NCBI GenBank assembly: GCA_010909165.1
Contig: MU008170.1
Span: 1,674,001 to 1,738,000, forward strand
Origin: Anthoceros angustus
Lineage: Eukaryota > Plantae > Anthocerotophyta
DNA length: 64,000 nucleotides
Direction of reading: 5' to 3'
The position numbers and the translations under genes are program-made. A model generated the notes under the pieces. That model searched no databases and was not told where the DNA came from. It worked only from the letters and a program-made list of their open reading frames with translations. Shown here in pieces: positions 52,786-64,000 of the stretch. Numbering within the stretch: position 1 is the first letter of the stretch; the number at the start of each line of letters is the position of its first letter.

Positions 52786-53732
52786 GGTAGGTGGTAACAC
52801 CAGGAAAGGCTTATATAAGAAGCTCCATATACAGTGAATTTTCTATTTAGTCACGTAGGTAACACCAGGAAAGGCTTATATAAGAAGCTACATATACAGT
52901 GAATTTTCTATTTAGTCACGTAGTCGGTCCCCTAACATTTTGTGATTCTTACAATACATCATCACAATCAATGCAATTAAAAATATTTTTTTTTCTCTCA
53001 CGACTTAAAAAAAATAAAGATTAATAGGTTTTTAGTTACTCAACCAACCAGAGGCTGTCAAATGCTCATCACCCAAATCTCCTCCTACAAGACTTTTATT
53101 TTCAACAGTTTATCATTCAAGGTTACCGAACACCCCCAGTGCACTATCCGTAATAGGGAGCAAGTATATGTTTTTTCCACTACTCGCTGGTTAGAAGGGT
53201 GTGGCACAAAGTGGAAAAGTGGAGGGGACGCAGACGCAAGGTGTGGAGAAGTTGATGGCGGCCGGTCTGGGCTGGGCCCATGCCAAATGTCTTAAGATTC
53301 AAGCGATGCACAAGGTCTTTACTACTAGTTCAAGTTTTTGATCACGAGATAAAGGATAAGGGGTAAGTCAAGATGAGGACATATTTAGATTACAGAGGTT
53401 CACAAAAAGGGTTGAAAACGCTAGAAGGAACCCTTTAAAATGAAAAAAAAATAAAAAAATATGTAGAGAGAACAAAAAATGCCAAAACTCAAGGGCAAGT
53501 GCACGCACTTATATCCTAAAACTAAATTTTTTTGGGTTTGTTTCATTGTTTTTTGATTTTTTGTTCATTTTTTTGGGAATGAACCGTTTGGGAATGCACT
53601 AGGAAGCATGAACCGTATGGGTTCATGCCTCTAGGGTGTTCTTGACCCCAGGTGCTCACACAAGTGCGTATTCTTAAAGTCTACATTTTGCTGTAATCCC
53701 ATTGTAATGCACTATAGTGAACTTTCTATAAA

Positions 53733-55277
53733 CAGTCGGCCCCCCCTAATTGGAAACTCTATAAATGGGATTCCTCTGTAAATGGGACCTCCCATCCTAC
53801 TTTCTTTAGTTTACAATGTAATAAATTGGACTTTTCCCTAAATGGTAATTGGGACCTTTTGAAACATACATTCATGTTAGTTTCACCTCTCTAAATGGGA
53901 CTTCTAATTTTTTACTAAAAAAAAATAAAAAAGAAAGAAAAAAGAATCGATTATTTCAGAGCACAATAGACTTTTAGGTGTGATTGAAGACTCTTAAGCT
54001 AAGCTTTTTCCTTTATGATAGGTAGAGGGTTTTTGATGTTGCTTAGAGAGAGTGCTAGCTTTCAAACAACTATACCGTACCCAAAGGGGTGGTTCAACAG
54101 GGTAATGCCGAAATAATTATTTTTTGAAAACTATAAGGTTCAACATACATATTAATATTTTTTAAAATTTCAACATTTATAAAAAATAATCTTATAAAAT
54201 TTCAACATTTATTAAAATACATAGGTATCTATATACAACTAATAGATGTGTGTAGACCTCCCCTAAACAAGCCCTAATCTTCCGACTCCACTCCAGCTGA
54301 GGTTGTAGCCTCAACAAGAGAGCCAAGGACCTGGTTCCAAGATCACCGCCTTGCGCAGCCCATGTGCGCATCTGCGGGCTCGCGAGCCTCGCGAGCCTCA
54401 CGATTGCGGAAGAAAGCCGGCCGCAGCTCATGAGCCTCACGAGGGCCGTGACCGCAGCTCGCGAGCCTCACGATAGATTGCTCGCGAGCCTCACGAGGCC
54501 GCCAGATCTCGCAGCTCGCGAGCCTCACGAGGCCGCCATCCGCATCTTGGTTGGGCAGCTCGCGAGCCTCACGAGCCGCCGATCCGCAGCTCGCAGGTTG
54601 CCGCATCGCAGCTCGCGAGCCTCACGAGGCTGCGCATCTGCGGGCTCGCGAGCCTCACGAGGCCGCTGCATGAGCTCGCGAGCCTCACAGGCCGCAGACC
54701 GCAGCTCGCGAGCCTCACGAGGCCGCCGTGACTGTGCTCGCGAGCCTCACGAGGCTGCGCATCTGCGGGCTCATGAGCCTCACGAGGCCGGCCAGACCGC
54801 AGCTCGCAGGTGCTACATCCGCAGCTCATGAGCCTCGCGAGCCTCGCGAGGTTCTTTGCATCTGGGGCTCGCGAGCCTCGCGAGCCTCGCGAGGTCAGAG
54901 CTCACCCTTGGTCCAGCAAGGCGAGCAAGGCAGCTCACGGCCAAGCAAGACCGCGAGGCTGTGCAGCCTCACCGCGCATGAGGTTGCTCCTTTCTCTGTT
55001 TCGGCATTTTAGACTCTTAAATATTTACACATATCGATTTTAAGCATAATAGCTTTTAGATTTTCAACTTTATTAATTCTAATTAATTAACCCCAATCAC
55101 CCATAGAGAAGTGGTAAAAGTTATTTTTGGTTAAATCTATCAATCAAAATTTAAAAATTTCTTTTTTGGTTATTTTTAAGTTTTTAATATTTTTAAAATT
55201 TAAATATTAAAAACACCTCCCCTAATGGGACTTCTAAAGCCACTCCGAACCCCCCAATTAGGGGAGGGGGTGGATTG
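53733..55277. mobile_element. ~1.55-kb non-autonomous TIR-type insertion (MITE-like), absent from unit 1
   Basis: Empty sites gaactttttatatacatactcatg lie at ~40320 and ~41194. The filled site has left end CAGTCGGCCCCCCCTAATTGG and right end CCAATTAGGGGAGGGGGTGGATTG|TA (imperfect TIRs), plus subterminal taaatggga/taatggga motifs. No transposase ORF is present. Confidence 0.8.
54370..54900. repeat. GC-rich array of about 14 palindromic units GCTCGCGAGCCTCACGAGG with variable related linkers
   Basis: Units at ~54378, 54426, 54457, 54480, 54514, 54558, 54611, 54644, 54674, 54704, 54736, 54769, 54824 and 54867. Confidence 0.92.
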
Positions 55278-56121
55278 TACTCATGTTTGATCGAGGCTAG
55301 GCTAGGCGCTAGGCGCGAAGCACGGTCACATTCATTCGTAAGTGTACCCTAAACCCCCAAGGAGTAAGGAGGTCCAAATATCCGCACTTGTGCGCGCAAG
55401 GGGTCCATGCAAAGATGGCACTTGCTCAATGGAGGGGCCCAAGCCACGGGGACTAGCTCTCGTTACCTGGAAGCTATCTATCACTCCCAACCTTAGGATT
55501 CTTTACCCTGGAGCTATTTTTAAGCTATTTAAGATGTCAGTAATCTAGACTAAGGAAGGGTATGCTTGCCACTAGACCTGAAGATGCTGCGCCTGCCTCA
55601 CTCGAAGTCCTCTTGATAATTAATCCCTTTGCAGGTTGCCGAAGGAAAGCCACCACAGAACACGATTGCCGGAAGAAAGCCACCACCAAACGCAAGGTGA
55701 CAAAAAATACAATGTTTCCGTGTGCTTAATTCTTTATCATATATTAAATTATATATATTATGATTTATGTATACAAAGCGATTCAAGATCTCCTCCATAT
55801 GGGGGTGTGTGTGGAGACGGCAAACGGAATAAACTTAGCGTGTCTTCGGACTCGGTGAAGAGAAATCGAAACCCGTTTTGAGTGGATGTGATGCCCAATC
55901 ATATTTATCTTGTTCTTATTCTTCGCTTTAACAATTAATCATAACAAAAATACAAATAATATATCCTTGTTGAATTGAGCCAAGAAAGGCCACGCAAGGA
56001 GAGCATGCAGTTCCAGCCATGCAACTACTAAGATACATAATGCCCCGGAAAAACCAAATGAAAGTAGGGTTCCGCCAACTTCTGATTGCAATGTACAAGC
56101 GCGGTGGCCTATGCTACTTGC

Positions 56122-59100
56122 TCATGCATCACAATCTGCACTGTGGAACTGTTCCGAGCCATTCACATTCATAAACACACCATCCAAATGTGATAAACAA
56201 TGCAACAAACTACAGCCACACAAATACCAGGAACCGGGCCAGAACTTCTTGCCGAAGGAGAAGTGGCAAACCTGAATTGCAACCAGGAAATCATCTGCGA
56301 ATCCAGGAGGGAAGAAGACATCTGGAAGCTTCTTGGTTTTTCCAGCACACATCCATCACAAGATGCAGGTTTGCTTCAAAGAATCATCCAAGTAAGCAAA
56401 CGAATCATCGACATCCCCATCATTTCACACTCAATCGCACATCCTACCTGCACCGCACCACACTCACTCACTATGCAACCGACGTCACCGCCTAGCATCA
56501 AGACTCCATTCCAATCCCCTTCTCGAAATAGTATTTTGCAATCTCTCTCTGCAGCAGCAGGCTTTCCCTTCTACAACCTCTTTCTCCCAACTAGAGTTTC
56601 CGCTGGTGGAATAGCGCCTCCGCAGCAGCCTCCGACTCCCACAAGCATCTTTCAAAGGGGATAAGAGCCCTTGCAACCTAGTCGAACATTGTCCAACTCC
56701 GCTCTTGTCGTTTCAGTCTTGTACTCCTATCCATGCCTCATCAGATGGACCATAAAAAAGCAAGACACTTCGCGATCTGAAAAACAAAACAGTGCCAAGG
56801 CAGTCACAGCTGTATACCTCGACGAGGATGCTACCGAATTGTATGCATCATCGTGTGCTACAGTCCTTTCAGGATTGAAAGAACCTTTTCAGTGGCTCCG
56901 TCCTTCAAGAGGACACCCCTCTCCTTCAGCAGCGTGATCTGCTCCTCATACAACTCCTCCTCTGATCGCAATACCGTGAGAAGCACATTTTGTAGGGTGA
57001 TGTTGGAACAGATGGCAAATTCCTCCTTCATACGCTGAAGCTTCTCAAGGTCCAATTCTTTCCAAACCTTTGCAACCCTTGTACCTTGCAGGTGGGAATC
57101 CATATGGTTCACCAAAAGCATCTGCTTCGCAGCCGGGCACACTTTCTTCTTATCAATCGTTTGGCCAAGCTCATGGTCCTGTTTCTGCACGTCTCCCTTG
57201 AACATCGCCATGACGAAGCAAAAGCACCTGCTCCAAGCACGCCAGCCAAAAATCCTCGCCGCGATGTGGGTTGATGTGTCCACACAGCAGTGACTTGTGT
57301 GACCGCTGGAAAGTGGCAGGTCACACCTGTAGACTTGCATACTTGCCGTGTGTTCGATTAGAGTGAGCTTTCTCTGATTATGCATTCACCTCCGCCACAC
57401 TTGCTCAACATGCATTGCACAAGAGTGGTCTTGCCCACATTCTCCTCCCCAACCAGAAGAATTACTTTATAGAAAATGCGGAGTTTCTCATCTCGCAAAT
57501 GTCATGTATCACGGCTCGGTCCACAAACCGTAGCCGTGACTCTTGCTCTAGTCCGTCTTCTGCGGTTTGATGGAATCCGTGTTCCGGGAGCTTGGAGGTC
57601 GATTTGTTCATGCTTAGTTTCAAAACATCCGAGTGGTCCTTATAATCGTCCTCTCCATCAATCCATCGCTACTCATCTCGCTCATTCCGAGCACCAACCA
57701 GCCTTGAGAAAGTCTTCATCATACTTTCCCGTTTACTCGTCCTCTAGTATAATTTGTTTCGGTTCCATCGACGCACTATGACAAAGGCCGTACTAAAGCT
57801 GGATTGCTACCATTCCTCCTCGCTAATCGCTAGTACGCCACTACCGCTCGCAATTGTTGAAAGCTACACACTAGTGTCGAAATTGCACTGCGACTCTTGC
57901 GGGTCTCGGTTTACGATCAAACAGATGCTCAATCGACCGATTTTCATCAATCCCTCATCATTTGTGAAATATGTCTTCTCTATTTCTACGAAGGAGCATG
58001 TCGCCAGTGATAACTTCTGCCAGAGAGTCGAGACTCCCGCAAGTCATCCACGATGAGGTTGCTGATTGGTCGACACCTCGCCAAACTTCGCAAGGTGAAT
58101 TTGAAAGGTATTTGTGTGCGTGAGGAAAGGTTGTGCCGGTGGGAGGTCTAAACTGTAGCAACAACCGGCTCCATGGTCACTGCAGTTGAAGCACGTGTCG
58201 AGGCGAATTTGCAAAGGCGGAAATACGCTCACCCACAAGGCTATCCTCATAATCTTCACCCAATGGTTTGAAGGTGTTGTCGCTTTGTTATGCAAAAGCG
58301 ATCTCCAGTTGGATTGTCTTATCGTGAGACAATCCTTTTCGGCGTCCATGCCTTTTATGTCAGCTGAAAGGCATAAATCACATGTAGCTTTGGTCGCATC
58401 TGCGATCCTTTTCACCTCTGCGTACCATTTCACAGGAACGTCCTTAACCCTCGCCTCTCGAAACAAGAGCTCCAGATGTTCTCCCGTCACGGACACAATA
58501 ATCTTCTTCTGATCTGCACTGAGTCTGCGAGACACCCCAAGCATCTTAGGCAGAGGTCCGAGTTCAACTAGAGGTGGATCAACATGACCAGGATCAGGGC
58601 CAACTACGGTTGGTTGCCCGCTGGACCACTTGAGGATTTTCTCCAAGTAGACCGCCATTTTGTGAGACTTTATGTGCGCCTCTGTGATTTCGCCCTGCAG
58701 CTCCTCCCCGGCTTCGTCCAGCCGGCGCTAGGTAGAAATTATCGGACTTCTCCAGCCCCATGGGAACATACCATGCGTTACGTTGTGTGTGCTCACGCTT
58801 CACCTCCAAGCTGCAACTAGTGTGGTGATGTAGCCTGCGGCCTTGAACAACATCTCTTCGGGCGAAATCCCTCGCCCCACCCAATCACACAGGAGATAGG
58901 CGGCCACGTACAGGAACAGGTACTTTACATTTTCCTCCACGTCCTGTAAAAGATCATCGAATTTCTGGGGGGGCCTCACTTGATCGAAAATGGCCTTCAC
59001 CTGCTCCGCCACCAGTCTTGTGGCATTGCAAACCGATCGGGGCAGGTTGTTGAAGAGTCTGGGAACAGGGTCCTCTGGTGTCACAATGTTGAAGAGCCTA

Positions 59101-59684
59101 TCCTCGATGCCATTCTTTCTCGTAGTCTTGCCTCCGCCAATGTGGGAGCCCCAAACCCGATTGCGATAGCCCGAACTTGTCTAGTATCAAGTGTCCGGAG
59201 AAAAGTGGCCACCCTGTACTTGATAAGAACCGGATGCAACGCGCCTCCCAAGCTATGCCCATGAACACCACTTTTGTGGGGACGCCGTAACATGGGTGTT
59301 CGGACTGAAGAGGTCGTGGAGGAGGAGCACCGAAAGACGGCCACCCAAGAGCCGAAGCCTCGATGGAAGAGGCCATCTGGACCCGCCCACGCACGAGCTC
59401 ATTGTTGTTCGTCAGCTCGCACACCGGTGTCGATCAGACGTGCCGCTCTTGGTGCCGAGGATGTAGAGTGTGCCATCCGCCCCTCGGCACACACCATCTT
59501 CGACTCCACGCCCCTCGGCCGTGGTGTGGACGAACTCGAAAGGTGGTCCGAGCTGGGACCTTCGCACCTCCGCCTGAAGTTGAGCTTGGTCATCGAAGTA
59601 GACGATGCGGCTGAGAAAGGCAGCTCGCTCTACGCAGGCCACTGACGGCTGGAAGCTTCCTGCATTGCCCTCGACCGTCGCCAT
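56122..59684 (-). CDS. Class-3 lipase + P-loop GTPase fusion gene, copy 2; frame-disrupted in this sequence; true stop uncertain
   Basis: MATVEGN...DGTLYILGT, HGHSLGGAL (59243-59260), AIAIGFGAP, NIVTPEDPVPRLFNNLP (~59061-59085), WYVPMG, IKSHKMAVYLEKIL (58647-58664), FYKVILLVGEENVGKTTLVQCML (57426-57470), VDT and MLLVNHMD (57098-57109). Confidence 0.8.
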
Positions 59685-59904
59685 GGGCCAACAATGTCCT
59701 TCACTCTGTCAACTCAACTGTTAGGAAAAGAGGTGAGACTTTATAAAGAGATGAGACTTCTGAGAGGCAGAACACTCCCATACACTACGAGTAGGGCTTG
59801 ATGTAGTCCTAGCCTTGAACCCCATCGATCAACACGAAACCACTTGCACACACCGCATCCCACTAATTGGTGGGCTTGGCCTTATAGTCCTAGCCTTGGA
59901 TCCT

Positions 59905-60575
59905 CGGTCACTTGACCTTGAATCCTATTGGTTACTTGACCGAGTCCTATTGGTTACTTGACCTTGAGTCTAATAGCACTTTGACCTTGAGTCCTATTGG
60001 TCACTTGACCTTGAATCCTCCTAGTAACTTCACTTGCCCTTTACTTTTGGACTTTCTAGAAGATACGTTTTTGGACTTTCTAAAAGATTCTCTGTAGAAG
60101 ATTCGTGACTTTCAAGTTTGTTATTTTTAGTGACTGTGGACGGGGTTGTTAATTTTAGTGACTGTGGACCCCGGGTCCGTCGACTTGGACTTTCTACAAG
60201 ATACTTTGTTGGACTTTTAAAAGGTACTTTGTAGAAGATGTGACTTTCAAGTTTGTTATTTTTAGTGATTGTGGACGGGGTCCATCGACTTTTTGGACTT
60301 TCTAGAAGATACTTTTTGGACCTTCTAAAAGATTCTTTGTAGAAGATGCGTGACTTTCAAGTTTGTTATTTTTAGTGATTGTGGACGAGGTCCATTGACT
60401 TTTTGGACTTTCTAGAACATACTTTTTGGACCTTCTAAAAGATTCTTTGTAGAAGATGCGTGACTTTCAAGTTTGTTATTTTTAGAGCACTTTGACTTTC
60501 AAGTTTGTTATTTTAGGGCACTCTTCATAACCTGTTTTAGAGCACTCTTCACAACCTATTTTTAGGGCACTCTTC
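59905..60575. repeat. Unit-2 copy of the compound 24-bp / ~105-bp minisatellite
   Basis: Same units as 46960-47650. Confidence 0.9.
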
Positions 60576-61885
60576 AAATGCTACAATCCAAATCGAAGGA
60601 GATCTTATGTGAAATGAAGAAAACAAATGGCAGTTGCTTTGAGCGCGCTCGCGTATGAACCGTGATTGTGGACGGGGTCCATCGATGGTGGTATGTACGT
60701 CCTTGGTAGGACCCTCTGCCTTCCGGGACCCTCTTCCTATCTTCTGCTTCATGTTGATGACAAGGGCTAATTTCTCTAAAGAATGCCTCTGTTTTGGAGG
60801 AGATTGAAGACCCTCCTTCCTCCTTGGCTTGGTTGCAGGAGAGTGTCGTGATTGGTGCTCTCGTTTTCCAGGGTTTTGTGTGTGGATCCCACGCTCATGT
60901 GCTCGGAAAGCCGTGCCAGTCACTCGGACCCGCTCCTTGTGTACGAAATACATCCACGACTGGCATCTTCAGAGAATCGTTCAAACGGCACGTGAATTCA
61001 GTTGCAACGAGTTTAGATTGGAAGCAAACTCTAAACTGATGAAAGAAATACATAGGGGCTTAACCGTGGGCTGGAAATTGTTGATTTAAGGATGCTGTGA
61101 GGGCCTTGTTATCGAAGCTGAGCAATGGACAATTCTACTCCACTTGAGGCCAAATACATTCAGACCCCAAAGAAAGGCAAAAACGCAGACAACCACAATC
61201 ATGTTCACACTGTCGTCATATCAGAGCATCCGGGACAAGTGTAAGAAGTGATCCGGAAGAAGTGACCAGTTCCAGACAGAACCTATGGGAGTCTGGGAAC
61301 GTCAGAATGTGACCTGAAATAGCTCGTCTTCCAAATGGCATGGAATGCTGTCAAGAACGTTCTTCTCTGCAGTTTAAAATTCCCTGCTGCGACGTAGTTG
61401 TGGAAATTTGTGGAAACTCACGCCTTCGAGAACCTGGATGTGACAAGTTAGTTGGCGAGCATCCTGGAAAGATTGAAATAGAGAAGGAAATTACTTATGG
61501 ACGAAGGGAAGTTCATGTGCAAATGAAGCAGTGAGCGCAAAACGAGACCCACCTGGATGAGTGCGGGAACAGGGGCAGCAGTTTCAGGCCCCTGCAGGAC
61601 ATTCATTTCACATCCAGTTCATGCACCCTTTCCAGTCCTCTGCTGACATCAACCGCTTGGTCCCTGGAAACCATCTCTGCATGGAAAGGGAAAATGTGAC
61701 TGTCAACTCTTCTCGTGTCGTTCTTCGTAAATCAAGTAGCCATGCACCATCATCGCCATACTGGTCCTTCACGTGCCTTGTTGAGCTTTAGAGAGGCAAG
61801 TGCTACAGGTGTACAGTTGTATCCTCGCGCTCGACATCTAGGATCGATGAATGCCTTGTATCAGATGGAATACGAAGATTTCTTT

Positions 61886-63293
61886 CCTTGAATATCGCGT
61901 CGTATTTTACGAGGGAGTGAAGGTTGTGTTCTCAACCGCACCTTTGTAACATGCTATGGTCTCAACGTTGTCTGTAGCATGCCAAAGATTAAGTATACTT
62001 AATGCTGGTAGGGCCACATCAAGGGAAAACGATATCCCCCAGGTATGCAAAGCATTGACTAAAGAAGCTCTTACCTCAGACGGGAAACTTTTAGCAAAAA
62101 GACACAGAAACCATTCCGTGCTGATCAGCGAGGTGTCAAAGCCAATATGATCAAAATGGGCTGCCAGCCTGTGAAAGCCACCAAGACTTCTGTGAGACAC
62201 GAACTTGAGGTGCTAACTCTGCGGTCGCGTACAAACATGTGGAGTTAGACGACGCACCGTGGACATTTTTTCACAAAACTTCGTTGAAGACACGCTGCTG
62301 GACGTGACACCCTGTCAGGTTCTCCGAGTAACAATCACTGAACAGAACACTTTCCAGCAATGCGGCGAGCATCCAGAAGGCCTGTTCCTCGGTTTTCATC
62401 ACAAGGAGCAACAGTGCTGCCACATAGTTCATTCCCTGAATAGAGTAAGCAGGCTCGGCGTTATAATCCATCCATTCCCCAAAACCTTAACAGGGCCTCG
62501 GATTCGCACAAGTTAAAGCTTTTGATACACAGGAAAGGCACTCCTACCTGGCAATAACCAATATCAGAATCTCGAAATGAGTAGGCAACGAGGACCCGAC
62601 GCAATGTAGCCCTTCCTTCCTCGCTGTTCACCCAAGGATGAGATGGAAATGTCCTGGATAGATCCTACAGGACGTCACACGCGGTAACATGTTGCCTTGC
62701 CTCAGGAGGCCTTCAAGTTAAGCAAGTTGGCAGATGGGGCCACCACGTCTACAGACATCTCCTGCTTTGGAACGAGCTCAAATGGGAAACTTACCGGTCA
62801 ATCTGGTGTGTCGCAGGGTTTGCCTATCAACCACAGCTTCAGTGAGGTCCTGGTAGTAACTATCGGGCACTGTGGATCGCTTCTTGGCAGCCCCAGACAA
62901 AGCCTGCCAAACTCGAGGTCTCAGAGACGGAGGGATGCCTTTCCAAATCAGCTTCTTCAGCTGGACAGACCTTGTTAGGTTGGATATGGAGAGATGACAC
63001 AAGGTTGCCCTGCTCAGAATGAGCTGAAATTTCCGGCTGCAGATACCATCCTGCACCCTTGTTTGCCTCCATAGCCCACCACACCCGACCCTGCTCGGCA
63101 ACCTCTCCTTCACGAGATTGAAAACCACAGCATCTTCAGCTGACAGCTCGAGACAGAATCCATACATATCTACAACTTTAACGGTGATGTTCTTCCGTGT
63201 GTGAGTCAATCCTCTGCTCTCCACTCAGGTTTCCCCAGGATAACCTCGAACCAGGGCATCCTGAGAACCTCCCAAACGCTCAAAGCCGAACAT
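61886..63293 (-). pseudogene. 3'-truncated TBC RabGAP copy 3 (start of unit 3, which runs off the window end)
   Basis: Nearly identical to copy 2, including the junction and micro-inversion. Confidence 0.88.
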
Positions 63294-64000
63294 ATTCGTG
63301 GCTGTTCCACGGGATGACGCTAGGGTTGCTGTAGGACTTCCCAAATAAATTTAGCCGCTCTTGGCTCTTCCGAATCCTCCCACCAGCGGCTCGCGTGCAC
63401 GTTTTGAGACTCGCATGTCGTCTGAAGAACCCCAACTGTCTGTCTGCGCTCAGTAGACCTCGGTTACACTCCTGCTCCGATTCTCATATGTTAGATAAAT
63501 ATTTCGGTTACACTCCTGGTCTGATTCGCTGCTAGTATGATCCTCATGTGCTGGACATATTTCAGTCACATTGCACGCTTCATCCCGCACTCATGCAGCT
63601 TTCAAATGACCAAGCCTCGGCAGCAAAACCACCTGACAAACATACCACAAAATCCATCAAAGAGCCGTTCCCATCCACTATCCTCACCACTACAGCAATC
63701 CTGGAAAGGCAGAACTGGCAAATCACTTCACCAAGCCAGAATGCCAGCGATTCCCTCCTGAACGGGACGAGAGGTTGCAAATGAGTCGAACCGCAAACGT
63801 ACGGGTTGCCAAATTCCGACCACAGCTCGGAAGGCTGATTTCCGGCACTCTTGCGCATCAACGATCAGCAGACCCTAAAGTCAGCAGGCACTCGAAAACA
63901 CTCTAACCACGAATCACAGCAAGCGCAATGTCTGCTACGCCGCAGAGCAAGCGCTCCCGTTCGGCATCACAAAACCCCAGCAGAACACATGATGCGCCAG

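Larger units (their letters stand above)
48951..61885. repeat. Unit 2 (12,935 bp) of the tandem amplification
   Basis: Colinear with unit 1. It lacks the 880-bp and 559-bp sub-duplications and carries a 1.55-kb TIR insertion. Confidence 0.95.

Noticed and set aside
54370-54900. CRISPR-like array (palindromic repeats with spacers)
   Set aside because: The linkers are 6-35 bp, related to each other (ccgcag, gcgcatctgcgg) and sometimes identical. There are no cas genes and the context is eukaryotic. It is a degenerate minisatellite.
57050-57480. NB-ARC domain (hydrolase-NLR) interpretation of the P-loop
   Set aside because: No kinase-2 (LLVLDD), GLPL or MHD motifs and no LRRs were seen. The G3- and G4-like motifs fit a GTPase instead.
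35647-61885. 13-kb unit as a Helitron or Pack-type element carrying gene fragments
   Set aside because: I found no TC...hairpin-CTRR ends or TIRs at the unit boundaries, and the first unit is continuous with the intact TBC gene. Simple tandem duplication fits better.

Overview
Compact, GC-balanced plant nuclear DNA with many ~80-150 bp GT-AG introns. The style suggests a bryophyte, possibly a hornwort, but that is inference. The left part (1-35 kb) holds five plastid-targeted genes: PDS (5'-truncated by the window), PPO1, cpTatC, PRPS1 and UGP3. It also holds a coiled-coil gene with an NFKBIL1-like HPD C-terminus, a ZGRF1-like gene whose helicase motifs look inactivated, a MetRS C-terminal pseudogene, several CRE-clade (RT + restriction-like endonuclease) LINE relics, an RTEX-like LINE relic and many minisatellites. 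The right part (35.6-64 kb) is a tandem amplification of a ~13 kb unit (two complete units plus the start of a third). Each unit begins inside a TBC/RabGAP gene. Each complete unit carries an apparently intronless ~1100-1200 aa class-3-lipase + P-loop GTPase fusion gene that the ORF track breaks into pieces; several of the breaks are single-base losses in homopolymer runs, so some may be assembly error. The most interesting items are this lipase-GTPase array, the ZGRF1-like pseudo-helicase, the CRE family with a conserved 3' hairpin (one copy abutting a 5S rRNA-like sequence), and a TIR insertion carrying an array of palindromes. Motif comparisons are from recalled family consensus, not from database searches. 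Coordinates of degenerate features are approximate.
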